Positions 1-13,909 of a stretch of DNA of 64,000 bases are shown piece after piece. The translations under genes and the position numbers were made by a program. How positions within the stretch are numbered: position 1 is the stretch's first letter; the number at the start of each line of letters is the position of its first letter. The DNA is from Eledone cirrhosa (Eukaryota): NCBI GenBank assembly GCA_964016885.1, contig CAXHJY010000449.1, positions 73,409 through 137,408 on the forward strand. Reading direction: 5' to 3'. The notes beneath the pieces were generated by a model. That model was not told where the DNA came from. It made no database searches and was given only the letters and a program-made list of their open reading frames with translations.

Positions 1-265
1 AAAGAATGAGAGAGAGAATGAGAAAGAAAGAGAGAGAGAATGAGAAAGAATGAGAGAGAGAGAGAATGAGAAAGAATGAGAGAGAGAGAGAATGAGAAAG
101 AATGAGACAGAGAGAGAATGAGAAAGAATGAGAGAGAGAGAGAATGAGAAAGAATGAGAGAGAGAAAGAATGAGAAAGAATGAGAGAGAGAGAGATAATG
201 AGAAAGAATGAGAAAGAATGAGAGAGAGAGAGAATGAGAAAGAATGAGAGAGAATAGTGTGAGAG
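1..265. repeat. Compound purine-rich simple repeat (AAAGAATGAG/AG units), intronic
   Basis: Direct inspection: iterated agaaagaatg and (ag)n units upstream of the splice acceptor. Confidence 0.9.
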
Positions 266-368
266 AGGTAACCGATGGAATTAATTTAAGTGTATTTCTC
301 AAATATATTCAACTAAAACAATAAAAAGAACTTCATACCAGTAATTCTCTTTTTATTTTACTTGACAG

Positions 369-1762
369 GTTACTTGGAGCACGGACTGATGGTCAGAGAT
401 AACAAAAAACTGCGATTGAATTATTTAAGATCAAAGTCATTTCGTTTTGATGTCGCTAGTATTTTACCAACGGACTTTTTCTATCTAGTTACCGGGATTA
501 ACGTACCTGAATTACGGTTTAACCGCTTACTCCGATTTACTAGACTTTGGGAGTTTTTTGACCGGACAGAAACCCGTACAAATTTCACCAATTTATTCCG
601 AATTTGTAAACTAGTGTTGTACATTCTAGTGATTATTCACTGGAATGCTTGCGCCTATTTCGCCATCAGCCATTCCATCGGATACGGGGCTGATGGATGG
701 GTTTACCCTAATATTACAGAAAAGAAATTCGCGCCTCTAACGCGAAAATACATTTATAGTTTTTACTGGTCGACTTTAACATTGACTACAATTGGGGAAA
801 CACCGGTCCCCGAGCGTGACGAGGAGTATTTGTTTGTTGTGGTAGATTTCTTAATCGGTGTTTTAATTTTTGCCACCATTGTAGGTAACGTTGGTAACAT
901 GATCACGAACATGAACGCTCAGCGCGCCGAGTTTCAACAACGGATGGACGGCGTGAAACAATACATGGAGTTCCGTAAAGTAAGTAAAGAGCTTGAACAA
1001 CGTGTAATCAAATGGTTCGATTACCTGTGGACTAATAAACAATCACTGAACGAAGAAGAGGTACTGTCCGCCCTGCCGGACAAGCTAAAAGCCGAAATGG
1101 CCATTCATGTCCATTTGGACACGCTGAAACAAGTGAGAATATTCCAAGACTGTGAGCCTGGACTTCTTGTAGAACTTGTTCTGAAATTGAAGCTGCAAGT
1201 GTTCAGTCCCGGGGATTACATCTGCAGGAAGGGCGACATAGGTCGTGAGATGTACATCGTCAAAAGAGGACAACTGCAGGTTGTAGCAGACGACGGGGTT
1301 ACCGTCTACGCTACACTGACTGACGGTAGCGTGTTTGGAGAAGTAAGTATTTTAAATATCGCCGGAAATAAAACCGGTAACCGTAGGACTGCTAATGTGC
1401 GAAGCATTGGCTACAGTGACTTGTTTTGTCTATCTAAAAATGACTTATGGGATGCTTTAACGGAGTATCCCGCCGCTAAAAAACAGTTGATTGAACGGGG
1501 GAGACAGCTGTTGCTAAAGGACAACCTACTAGACGAGGAAGTGCTGAAAAAACAGGAGGAGAACGAGGAAAGCACTACTCAAGTTGTATCACGGTTGGAG
1601 ACTAGTTTAGATACCTTACAGACACGGTTCGCCCGCCTCTTGTGTGACTTCAACACAACACAACAGAAATTAAAACAACGCATCACCAAACTAGAGAAGG
1701 TATTAGCCAGAGACGAAGACAGTGTGTCGAAAGTCTCAGACCAATCTAATGTAGAAACGTAG
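369..1762 (+). CDS. Terminal coding exon of a cyclic-nucleotide-gated cation channel alpha subunit (CNGA/TAX-4-like): S3-S6, pore, C-linker, CNBD and C-terminal leucine zipper
   Basis: The ORF has the S4 motif [12 protein letters not shown], pore [22 protein letters not shown]...NRRTANVRS and coiled coil [20 protein letters not shown] pyrimidine tract and acceptor ttttattttacttgacag end at 368, so the exon starts mid-Gly codon (G|GT YLEHG). Stop TAG at 1760-1762. Upstream exons lie outside the window. Confidence 0.96.
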
Positions 1763-1894
1763 CCATCAAAAGACAGATACGCTACAAGCGGACACTAACA
1801 CTTCTTTCAGAGCTACTGTTCTGTAATAACCAAAACAAACCAAACCAACATGGCGACGTATCCGTTGCGGCCATGTTGGTAGCGAGTGGCAGGA

Positions 1895-2120
1895 GCGACA
1901 GCAGCAGCAGAGATAAATAGCAGCAACAGCATCAACACAGCAGCAGTAACAGTAAGAGCAGCAGCAACAACAGCAGTAGCAAGCAACAAGCAGCAGAGAT
2001 AAAAGAGCATCTACTGCAGCAACAGCAGCAGCAATATTAATGACAGTTTCAACAACAGCAGCAGCTATCTTCACCACCACCACCATTGTTATCCCCATTA
2101 TCATCATCATCATCATCACT
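1895..2120 (+). repeat. Imperfect (CAG/CAA)n, (CAC)n and (CAT)n triplet repeats in the probable 3' UTR of the CNG gene
   Basis: Runs of cagcagcaacag, caccaccac and catcatcat directly after the stop codon. Confidence 0.8.
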
Positions 2121-2419
2121 AACTACGTTATTGTTGCTACACACATACATACACCTGTACAAATACGTGTGTGTGTGTATATATATATATATATGTATAT
2201 ATACACATACACACAAACGTGTGCATATATATATATATATATACACACACATACATACATACACACGTAAGCATATATATATATTTATTTATATATACAA
2301 ATACGTGTATATGTATATATATATACACATATATATATATATATATACACACACACATACATACATACACACGTATGCATATATATATATTTATTTATAT
2401 ATACAAATACGTGTATATG

Positions 2420-2465
<46 letters not shown>

Positions 2466-2638
2466 TACATACAGAAACGTGCATATACATATATATATAT
2501 TCATACACACATACACAAACGTGTATTTACATATATATATTCATACATATACACACATATACAAACGTGTATATACATATATATATATATATATTCATAG
2601 ATATACACATACACAAACGTGTGCATATATATATACAA

Positions 2639-2714
<76 letters not shown>

Positions 2715-2954
2715 CTCACCATCGCTTTTAACACCATCTTCACCACCACCACCACCTACTTCATTACAACCGCACTAATGATAATGGTGGCTATGGCAAT
2801 GATAACAGATCCTAATTCTTGATTATTCTGATCATTATATTTCTCTCATTATCATTATAATATTATTATAAATACATAAATCATTATTAACACAATAAAG
2901 AAATAATTATAATATTCATTATCATAATCTTTATTATTATCATAATCATAATTA

Positions 2955-3520
2955 TTGGCAGTATCGGTAGAGGGTCGGACGCCATGCTTTGCAACAAAAG
3001 AGTTACGGCCCTTTCCATTCCGAGTTCAAATCCCACCGAGGTTAACTTTGCCTTTCATCCTTACGGGGTCGATAAAATAAAATACCAGTAATGCACTGGG
3101 GTAATTGCTGGCCTTGTGCCAAAAGTAGAAACAACTATTATAATCATTATCAATTATAATTATCATTATCATTATTATCATTATTGTGGATTGGCAGTAT
3201 CGGTAGAGGGTCGGACGCCATGCTTTGACGCATAGAGTTACGGCCCTTATGATCTGAGTTCAAATCCCGCTGAGGTTAACTTTGCCTTTCATCCTTACGG
3301 GGTCGATAAAATAAAGTACCAGTAATGTACTGGGTTATTGCTGGCCTTGTGCCTAAAGTAGAAACAATTATTATTATTATTGCTATTCAGATTGACAGAA
3401 TCGGTGGAGCGTTGGCCAAAAGGCTTTGCAGCATAGAGTTACGTCCCTCTGTGGTCTGAGTTCAAATCCTACCGAGGTTAGTTTTGCTATTCATCCTTAC
3501 GGGGTTGATAAAATCAAGAT
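2955..3520 (+). mobile_element. Three tandem copies of a tRNA-derived SINE (about 2955-3140, 3186-3380, partial 3390-3520)
   Basis: A-box-like tggcagtatcggta, B-box gagttcaaatccc, conserved centre ctttgcctttcatccttacggggtcgataaaataaagtaccag, tail gctggccttgtgcc...agaaac(att)n. Confidence 0.88.
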
Positions 3521-3957
3521 GGAGGGTTTGTGTAAAGTACTTATATGCCAAAACAAGGAAAACCAGTCTCTATAACGAACTCGTGTGTGCTTGTGTAGGC
3601 TTTCAAGTGGGGGAGAGAGAGGGTGGGAGAGGGAGGGGGAGATAGGGTGGGATAGGGAGGGGGAGAGGTGGGGAGAGTGAGGGGGAGAGGTGGGGAGAGT
3701 GAGGGGGAGAGGTGGGGAGAGGGAGGGGTAGAGGGAGGGAGAGAGAGGGAGATTATGTGTGAGAGAGATAGTAAGCGAGAAAGAAACAAGTGAGAAAAAG
3801 CGAGAGAGATTGATAGAGAGAGGGACAGGCGGAGAGATTGATAGAGAGAGGGAGAGACAGGCAGATAGATTGAGACAAAGAAAGACAAAGAAAGATAAAG
3901 AGAGACAGAGAGAGGATGAGATTGTATGTGTGTGTGTGAGAGATTATGAGAGAGAGG

Positions 3958-4120
3958 GGGTGATAGAGAGTAACAGGGTGATAGAGAGTAACAATGTGAT
4001 AGAGAGTAACAATGTGATAGAGACTAACAATGTGACAGAGAGTAACAATGTAATAGAGAGTAACAGGGTAACAGAGAGTAACAGGGTAACAGAGAGTAAC
4101 AGGGTGACAGAGAGTAAAAG
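3958..4120. repeat. 18-bp minisatellite (gtgatagagagtaacaat / gtaacagagagtaacagg)
   Basis: About 9 tandem units visible. Confidence 0.85.
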
Positions 4121-5375
4121 TTAAGAGAGAAAGTTCGAAATGTAAGAGAGAAAGAAAAGTAAATATCCATTAAACTCTTAGTTTCCAATGTTTGATTTCT
4201 GCTCAAGAGATTTATAATTCCCAACCAGCGTTCGGCTTCTTTGTTCTCACGTGAAAAGGGGAAACTTTTGAACCTGTAAAAAACATCCCCGTTTATAATC
4301 AATTTATGATTAAATATATAATTAAATTCTTAATCTCTTGGTTATTAAAACAACTTGTGAAATAGGCAATCCAATTAGTTTATCTAGTGTTGGGGATGGG
4401 TTGGTGGGGGACTGAGGTGGCGTTAATATAACTAGGTGTGGCAACATTAATGGAGGTTAGGTTAGGTTTTTTATTTTTGAAAGAAGTGGGGTTTGTTTGT
4501 TGTTGATTTTGATTTTGAGTGAGTTTTTACTTGCTAGGTTTAGAGTAGATATGGTTAGAATTTCTAAGTAAAAAATCGTTGGAATTTTCTAAGTCCTTTC
4601 GTCACACGCTGTGACCTTTTACTTTGTTTTTTTTTATTTCACTTTCACATTTTGCAAATATTTCCGAATTTCCTGAGGATCCTGGAGATCTTTGCAAAGA
4701 AAAACGTGTTCCTTGTAAAGTTTCATCTCAAAACTAGTTTGTTTTTTGTTATACATACACTCACTGGCTTATATATACACACATATATACTCACAAATAC
4801 ACTACCATACATATATATACACATACATATACTCTCACACAGACTGATACACAAACGCATGCATATGCACACATGGATATACATTCATCAAAGATTCACA
4901 CACACACACACACACAATTACATAGAGAGACACACACAGAGACACACAAAGACACGCACTCAAAGGCACAGAAACACACACACAAAGACACAGACACACA
5001 AAGACAGAGACAAAGACCCACACACAAAGACACACACAAAAATAGACCCACACACAAAGAGACCCGCACACTCAGACACAAATTAACACACAAACAAACA
5101 CACACAAACACACACAGACACACATACAGACAGTTCTGTTTTTCTCTATTTTACCCTTATCAGTATATCTCACAAAGGTCGGGGACTGCACTAAACACAC
5201 TACATCTACAAACAATATTCCTGTTCATAAAGTACGACATTCCAGAATAGATTATATATTAGTCCTTACGTTATTCCGGTTACTTAGTTCATTAGATTGC
5301 TACTTAGAGATTACATGATGGTTGCTGTGAAAAAAAAAAAAAAATGTTCTACTGAATGAATGTTACAACTAACAC

Positions 5376-5453
<78 letters not shown>

Positions 5454-5608
5454 CTGTTGTGTAACGACTTCTACCTAACTCGTTTCCATGGACTCTACCA
5501 CTACGGATATTACCTTCCAGTTTACTACCTATATATATATATATATATATACTTATATATTATGAAATACTGTTGGCTTCTTGCTCACAATAATTTCTAT
5601 ACTTTTCA

Positions 5609-5661
<53 letters not shown>

Positions 5662-5664
<3 letters not shown>

Positions 5665-5765
5665 GTGTGTGCCAAAAAGATGTATGCATACTTTGATTAT
5701 CTGTACAGGCAATATTTATTATACTGCTGTTGAAGTGTGTGCATATGTTGGGGGGACACCATGTA
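5662..5765. mobile_element. About 100-bp Tc1/mariner-type MITE; second copy near 22983-23082
   Basis: Imperfect TIRs (cagtgtgtgccaaaa...ttgggggacaccatgta) in a TA/CA context. Internal gtatgcatactttgatta.ctgtacaggc.atatttatta is shared with the 23 kb copy. Confidence 0.6.
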
Positions 5766-5809
5766 TGTCCGTGTGTGTGTGTATGTATGTATATATATAT
5801 ATATATATA

Positions 5810-5853
<44 letters not shown>

Positions 5854-6028
5854 AAAGTGGATATAAGAGTATCAAAATATACATCTACTGTTGAATTGTA
5901 TTTTATTGTAGTGATAACCTTCAATTGTGAATAATATACATACATACATTACACACACAAATATATATGTATAAGATATATATGGTATATTACATATATA
6001 CAACTTATACACAATACCTATAAAACAC

Positions 6029-6068
<40 letters not shown>

Positions 6069-6162
6069 GTGTACTATAGGTATTGTGTATCATGATGTAT
6101 ATATGTAATATACCATATATATAATATATTACATACAACATGATACATATTACCTATAGTAC

Positions 6163-6196
<34 letters not shown>

Positions 6197-6209
6197 GACA
6201 TATATATTG

Positions 6210-6293
<84 letters not shown>

Positions 6294-6534
6294 CACACAA
6301 ACACACACAGACATATATATTGTATAATATGTATGTGTATATATATATATACACACACAGAGACATATATATTGTATATTATGTATATATATATATATAT
6401 ACACCGAGACATATATATTGTATATCATGTATGTATGTATATATATATATATATATATACACACAGACATATATATTGTACATTATGTATATATATATAT
6501 ATATACATAATATACAATATATATGTATATTATG

Positions 6535-6638
<104 letters not shown>

Positions 6639-7090
6639 CACACACACACACACAGCCCAACAAACATCACAAACTGGCTGATATTTTTTCGTAACTATTT
6701 CCAATGTTTGAAACAACGCACGTACATTTAAATATAACAGCGTTTCTTTTCTCCGCCATTTTTTGTTAGTTGGGAAACATATCTCACTATTGTTGGTCAT
6801 TCAATGGACTTTTATGGAAATATATTTCCCTTCCGTTATACGGAGCTAAGAAGCCATTTTTTTTTTTATCATTTGAGAAGCTGCATATATTTGGTTGCCA
6901 TAGTGTAACTTACCTAAGCAATCTTCTGTTTTGTGTTGTATATTGGCCAAAATATAAATATATATGGGTATATGTGTGTCTGTGGGAGTGTATGTGTGTG
7001 TGTATGTGTGTATGTATACGTGTACGTATGTGTGAGTGCGTGTGTGTATGTATGTGTGAGCGCGTGTGTATACGTACTTGTATGCATATT

Positions 7091-7127
<37 letters not shown>

Positions 7128-7654
7128 AATATATACATATATATATATATATACATATATACACATATATAGATACATATATACACATATACATACATAT
7201 ATATAATACATATATGCACACATATATAATGCATATATTACATACATATATATATAAATATATACATACATATACATTCATTCCTCTATTTTCTCTATAT
7301 TATTACATATTAGCAAAGTAGTATTTATTTATATTCAATACGATATGTCCATAATTATATGATATTTCCTTGTTAAACAGAAAAATATAAACGAAACATC
7401 GTATGTCTAAGGTGTTGAAGATGAGAAATCGCTTCCATTTTTTTTCTCACCTTATAAAGTGTTCAGATTTATTAAGAGGATATGTATTAGACAGATTTTC
7501 CTAGTATATAATATAGAATCAAGAGGAAACGTGGGGACAGGTATATACTGATCATAGTTTATGTAGATTCGCTATTTCATACATACACATGTGCGTGTAT
7601 GTATGTCTATATATATATACATACATATGTGTATGTGTATGCATGTTTGTGTAT

Positions 7655-7756
<102 letters not shown>

Positions 7757-7845
7757 ATATACATACACGTGTATGTGTGTGTATGTGTATGTATATATAT
7801 ATAAATATATATTATATATTATATATATTATTATATATATTATAT

Positions 7846-7888
<43 letters not shown>

Positions 7889-7961
7889 CACGTGTGTTAG
7901 TGTGTGTGTGCTAATAGAAATGTGTTTAAATAGATGTCTGTATGTGAGTATATGTGTGTAT

Positions 7962-7995
<34 letters not shown>

Positions 7996-9163
7996 GCATA
8001 CATATATATATATATACTTACGTACATATACACACATATATATATATATATACACATATACATATACACACATATATATATATATATATACACATATATA
8101 TATATATATATACACATATACATATACACACATATATATATATATATACATATATACATATGCACATATACTCATATATACATATATATATGTGTGTGTG
8201 TGTGTGTGGAAATAGAAGTGTGTGTGTGTGTGTGTGTAATAATACCTTATGCGGGTTATTTGGGTCATAAACATTGCTGAGCAAATAGTTTTTAATAAGG
8301 CGATGCTTGCGAGTTGTGGAGTTTTTTCACTCTTTCTCCATTTCTGCGTTTAGCATGAATGTATATACGAGATCTTACATATGTAAGATATATATATATA
8401 TGCATAGAAATATATATTTATATACACACACATATATATATATATATAATATATATACAATGTTTGTGTGTGTATATAGATAGAGAGAGATAGGGGAGAG
8501 GGAGAGGGGAGGGGGTAGAGAGGGAGAAGAGAGGGAGAAGAGAGGGAGAGGGATAAGAGAGGGAGAGGGAGCGAGAGAGAGGGAGAGAGAGGGAGCGAGA
8601 GAGAGGGAGAGAGGGGAGAGGGAGAGGGAGAGAGGGGAGAGGGAGAGGGAGCGAGAGAGAGGGAGAGAGAGGAGCGAGAGAGAGGAGCGAGAGAGGGAGG
8701 ATAGAGGGACAGAGGGAGAGGGAGGAGCGAGAGAGAGGAGCGAGAGAGGAGCGAGGGAGGGAGGGGAGAGAGAGGGGGAGGGGAGAGAGAGAGGGAGGGG
8801 AGAGAGAGGGGGAGGATAGAGGGACAGCGGGAGAGGGGGAGAAAGAGAGAGCTAGAGAGGGACAGAGGGAGAGAGAGAGAGAAGTTAGGTAAAATCTAAT
8901 ATAAAAGTGAAAATATACATATATATTCGTGTGTGTGTGTATGTGTGTGTGTGTGTGTGTCTGTGTGTGAATCACTATATACCATATACACTCCATATAT
9001 ATATATATATACTAACATGCATACATACTATATAAATATATATACTATATACATACAAATATAAATAAGTTATCACCTAGAAAACCGTCACAACTTCACA
9101 TCTGTTACATTCAATCAATTTATATTAAATATTCCCACCGACCATATTTTTTCTCTCTCTCTG

Positions 9164-9194
<31 letters not shown>

Positions 9195-9209
9195 GAACAT
9201 ATTCATATG

Positions 9210-9268
<59 letters not shown>

Positions 9269-9639
9269 CAAACATGAATGTGTTCATTTTGTGTGTATCT
9301 AGCAAATCAAAAGGAATTTAAGACATTTTTATTCACCTTACAGGCATTTCAACTGGTGATAGATGGATAGATATATATAGATAAATTGGTAGGTAAATAG
9401 ATAGATAATTAGAGAGAGGGAGAGAGGGGGGAGTAACTAAGTGATCTTAATAGACCTAATATAATAAAGAACACGACTTGGGAAGCAGGGGCAATATATA
9501 TGAAGATTTGAATATATCTATACAGCATATTTCTTCTCTGAAGATGCATAACGCATATACTATGCTGAAAAACCCGGGCCATATTGTAAATATATATATA
9601 TATAGTAATAATAAATACAAAAACCAAATGCTAATAACG

Positions 9640-10320
9640 ACAGTGTTAAGCTTTGATAGCGTTTGGTAAGCTCTGATAGTGTTTGGTAAGCTCTGATAGT
9701 GTTTGGTAATCTCTGATAGTGTGGGGTAAGCTCTGATAGTGTTTGGTAAACTCTGATAGTGTTTGGTAAGCTCTGATAGTGTTTGGTAATCTCTGATAGT
9801 GTGTGGTAAGCTCTGATAGTGTGTGGTAAGCTCTGATAGTGTTTGGTAAGCTCTGATAGTGTGTGGTAAGCTCTGATAGTGTTTGGTAAGCTCTGATAGT
9901 GTGTGGTAAGCTCTGATAGTGTTTGGTAAGCTCTGATAGTGTTTGGTAAGCTCTGATAGTGTTTGGTAAGCTCTGATAATATGTGGTAATCTCTGATAGT
10001 GTTTGGTAATCTCTGATAGTGTTTGGTAATCTATGATAGTGTGTGGTAAGCTATGATAGTGTTGATAACGATAGCGTTGATAAGCTATGATAGTGTTGCT
10101 AACGATAGCGTTGATAAGCTATGATAGTGTTGATAACGATAGCGTTGATAAGCTATGATAGTGTTGATAACGACGGTGTTGATAAGCTATGATAGTGTTG
10201 ATAACGACGGTGTTGATAAGCTATGATAGTATTGATAACGATAGCGTTGATAAGCTATTTTAATGTTGATAACGATAGCGTTGATAAGCTATTTTAATGT
10301 TGATAAATATGTTTGTGATA
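9640..10320. repeat. Minisatellite: 20-bp unit gtttggtaagctctgatagt, shifting to a roughly 33-bp unit near 10050
   Basis: About 20 near-identical 20-mers, then units of gttgataagctatgatagtgttgataacgatagc. Confidence 0.93.
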
Positions 10321-10580
10321 AGCTCAGTCAATAATGCGCTATAGCATAATTTTTTTTTTGTTTGTAAATAACTGATAATAACGATGATGATAATATAATG
10401 GTGATGACGATGATGATGGCACTGTGTATGGTGGTGGTGATAATGGTGGTGGTGGTGGTGGTGGTGATAATGGTGATTATGGCGGTGGTAGAAGTGATAA
10501 TGGTGATCATCATAATGGAGTGACGGTGGTGTTTTTAGGAAATTGACATTTACTACTACTACGACTACTACTATTTGTAA

Positions 10581-10611
<31 letters not shown>

Positions 10612-10612
<1 letters not shown>

Positions 10613-10845
10613 GGGTGGTGGATTGACAGTATCAGTAAAACGTCGGACACCATGCTTTGCAGCATAGAGTTACGGCCCTTTACGGCCAGAGTTCAAATCC
10701 CGCCGAGGTTAAGCTTTGCCTTTCAGCCTTACGGGGTCGATAAAATAAAGCACCAGTAATGCACTGGGGTCGATTTAATCGACTTTCCCTTTCCCTAAAA
10801 ATTGCTGGCCTTGTGCCTAAAGTAGAAACAATTATCATTATTATC
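10612..10845 (+). mobile_element. tRNA-derived SINE, full-length form including the gtcgatttaatcgac segment
   Basis: Same head, centre and tail as the 2955 copies; flanked by (att)n. Confidence 0.88.
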
Positions 10846-11246
10846 ATTATTATCATTACTGTTATTACCATTGTTACTGTTATTGTAATTATCGTTGCTG
10901 CTGTTGTTTTTTTATCTAATTAAACGATTTTTCTGACCCTCTCCATTAACTTCTACACCATAAAAATGTATCTTGTTTTTTTTTTTTGTTTTTCTTCCTA
11001 TTCTAAATAATCCAAAATATTGTCAGACAGTTTGTTTTTCTGAAAATTTGGAGTTAAACCTCTTAACTAAGGCGAAACCTTGTTAATTGAGATATTAAGC
11101 TCTGCTGTTTAATATGGAATTATGTTGCCTACAGTTAAACTGTTTTGTTTGCAGAAATGCTCTGCTGCTAACTGAGGTAAAACCCTCAATTGTTGGGGGT
11201 TAAAAACCCACTTGCTTAAGGGATAAAACTTGTCTGATGTGTACTG

Positions 11247-11636
11247 CTAGTTGAGGTAAAACTTCAGCCGGATGAGGTCAAACTTCAGCTGGATGAGGTC
11301 AAACTTCAGCTGGATGAGGTCAAACTTCAGCTGGATGAGGTCAAATTTCAGCTGGATGAGGTCAGACTCCAGCTAGTTGAAGTCAAACTCCAGCTAGTTG
11401 AAATCAAACTCCAGCTAGTTGAAGTCAAACTCCAGCTAGCTGAGGTCAAACTCCAGCTAGCTGAGGTCAAACTCCAGCTAGTTGAGGTCAAACTACCGCC
11501 AGTTGAGGTCAAACTACAGCCAGTTGAGGTCAAGCTCCAGCTAGTTGAGGTCAAGTTCCAGCTAGTTGAGGTCAAACTCCAGCTAGTTGAGGTCAAACTC
11601 CAGCCAGTTGAGGTCAAACTCTAGCCAGTTGAGGTT
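11247..11636. repeat. 21-bp minisatellite (gttgaggtcaaactccagcta)
   Basis: About 18 tandem units; this explains the 11348-11617 TSTSWSL pseudo-ORF. Confidence 0.93.
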
Positions 11637-11985
11637 TTAAAAAAATGTTGATTGAGATAAACCTCTTCCGTTCGAACCAAAACAATTGACTGAGGTCAAA
11701 ATCTCTTGTCTGAAATAAATCTCAATTGTTTGAGATAAAAAAAAAACTTATTTCACCACAATTTACAGAGACTTTGTCTCTCTGTATTTTTTCTTCTTTT
11801 TTTGTATTTGTTTGTTGTCGGGGGTCTTTTCTCCCACCCTAAAAGCAAGGAAATATTTCTACCGACCGTGTCGGCATGAAAACGGTGACTGAGTTGTAAG
11901 AATGAGCTTATGGCATCGTTGAAGTGATGTCTTACAGAGAAATCCTAGTTCATGTTTTTTTATCATTATTATTATTAATTATATA

Positions 11986-12182
11986 AGGGCGGGGGATTGG
12001 CAGTATCGGTAGAGAGTCGGACGCCATGCTTTGCAGCATAGAGTTACGTCCCTTTATAGTCTGAGTTCAAATCCTGCCGAGGTTAACTTTGCCTTTCATC
12101 CTTACAGGGTCGATAAAATAAAGTACCAGTAATACATTGGGATAATTGCTGGCCTTGTGCCAAAAGTAGAAACAATTATTAC
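11986..12182 (+). mobile_element. tRNA-derived SINE copy
   Basis: ggcgggggattggcagtatcggtag...gagttcaaatcctgccgagg...aaaagtagaaacaattatt. Confidence 0.88.
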
Positions 12183-12418
12183 TACTATTGTTATTTACTC
12201 GTTAATGAAAACTTATGTATATATATATATATATGTGTATGTGTATATATGCAAGCATGTATGTGTGTGTGTGTATGCAAGTTTGTATGTAAATATATAT
12301 GCATATGCATGTATGTATATATATATATATATATATATGACTATGCAAGTTTGTAAATATATATGCACATGCAAGTATATGATATTTATATATATATGTG
12401 TGTGCATGTATGTTTGTT

Positions 12419-12451
<33 letters not shown>

Positions 12452-12459
12452 ATGTGTGT

Positions 12460-12499
<40 letters not shown>

Positions 12500-12505
12500 G
12501 TGTGT

Positions 12506-12552
<47 letters not shown>

Positions 12553-12562
12553 ATGTGTGTGT

Positions 12563-12605
<43 letters not shown>

Positions 12606-12707
12606 GTGTATGTGTGTGTAAATAAATATATATATATATATGTATGTATGTGTATGTGTGTGTAAATAAATATATATATATATGTATGTATGTGTATGTG
12701 TGTGTAA

Positions 12708-12750
<43 letters not shown>

Positions 12751-13055
12751 TATACACACACATACATGCATGCATACACACACATGCATACACGTCAGAC
12801 ATTGATTATTATTTTCTTCGTATGAGTGAAGATGAAATGTCTATTCTTTAATCAAGGAGTTTAACAACATAAAGCTATAGTGAAGCCACGGTCAGATTCG
12901 AAACCCTTTCCTCTGACTCAAATATTCAGTATGGCTGCCTAAATCCATAAACCTCTTTTATAGATAGAATCAAGAAAATAATTGTTTGTTCGACATTTTT
13001 TTTCCTCTACTCACACCTCCTCCTCTTTCTCCTCCTCCCAGTTATTGTTTATATA

Positions 13056-13162
13056 CAGTGGAACCTTGAGTTGTGAACTTCATTCGTACCCTGATGACCG
13101 TTCGACAACCGAAACTGTTTTTCCCATACGAAATATTGAGAGAGAAAGATAGAGACTATGTA

Positions 13163-13204
<42 letters not shown>

Positions 13205-13359
13205 AATAAATGTGTGTGTGTGAGAGAGAGGGATAGATGTGTGAGAGAGAGAGAGAGAGAGAAACTGTGTATGTGTGTGTGTGTGAGAGAGAGAGAGACT
13301 GTGTGTGTGAGAGAGAGAGAGACTGTGTGAGAGAGTGAGAGACTGTGTGAGAGAGAGAG

Positions 13360-13398
<39 letters not shown>

Positions 13399-13513
13399 GT
13401 GAGAGAGACTGTGTGAGACAGAGACTGTGTGAGAGAGAGCGACTGTGTGAGAGAGAGCGACTGTGTGAGAGAGAGCGACTGTGTGAGAGAGGGAGACTGT
13501 GTGAGAGAGAGAG

Positions 13514-13545
<32 letters not shown>

Positions 13546-13564
13546 CTGTGTGAGAGAGAGAGAC

Positions 13565-13619
<55 letters not shown>

Positions 13620-13776
13620 CTGTGTGAGAGAGAGAGACTGTGTGTGTGTGAGAGAGAGAGAGAGAGTGTGTGTGTGTGTTCGTTACTCCAGACACCAGTT
13701 GTTTTATGTTCGAAAAATTTGTTCGTGAACCGATTTGTTCGTGTATGAATGGCGTTCGAAAACCAAGGTTCCACTG
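13056..13776. mobile_element. pogo/Tigger-like non-autonomous DNA transposon with an internal (GA)/(GT) microsatellite expansion
   Basis: TIRs cagtggaaccttg (13056) and caaggttccactg (ending 13776); TA on the left flank. Confidence 0.7.
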
Positions 13777-13909
13777 TCTATAGTATATATATTTTCTTCT
13801 CTGTCGGTAGTTTCATATCAATAATCCCTCCGTTTATCTTAGCCAATCAGCTTCGTTCATCCATCTTCAGCTTCCCCCACTCACGTCTGTCTTGCGAAGG
13901 CAGGTAGCA

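Noticed and set aside
362-368. ORF-track start (TTG at 362) of the CNG channel
   Set aside because: It lies inside the splice acceptor; the protein lacks its N-terminus and S1-S2, so this is not a start codon
2955-3040. tRNA-like A/B boxes
   Set aside because: These are SINE heads; no cloverleaf, and always followed by the SINE body
11348-11617. 89-aa TSTSWSL repeat ORF
   Set aside because: In-frame reading of a 21-bp minisatellite, with no splice or domain evidence
9640-11636. Regular 20-21 bp repeats resembling CRISPR arrays (also 35340-35750)
   Set aside because: Units are contiguous with no unique spacers, there are no cas genes, and the context is eukaryotic
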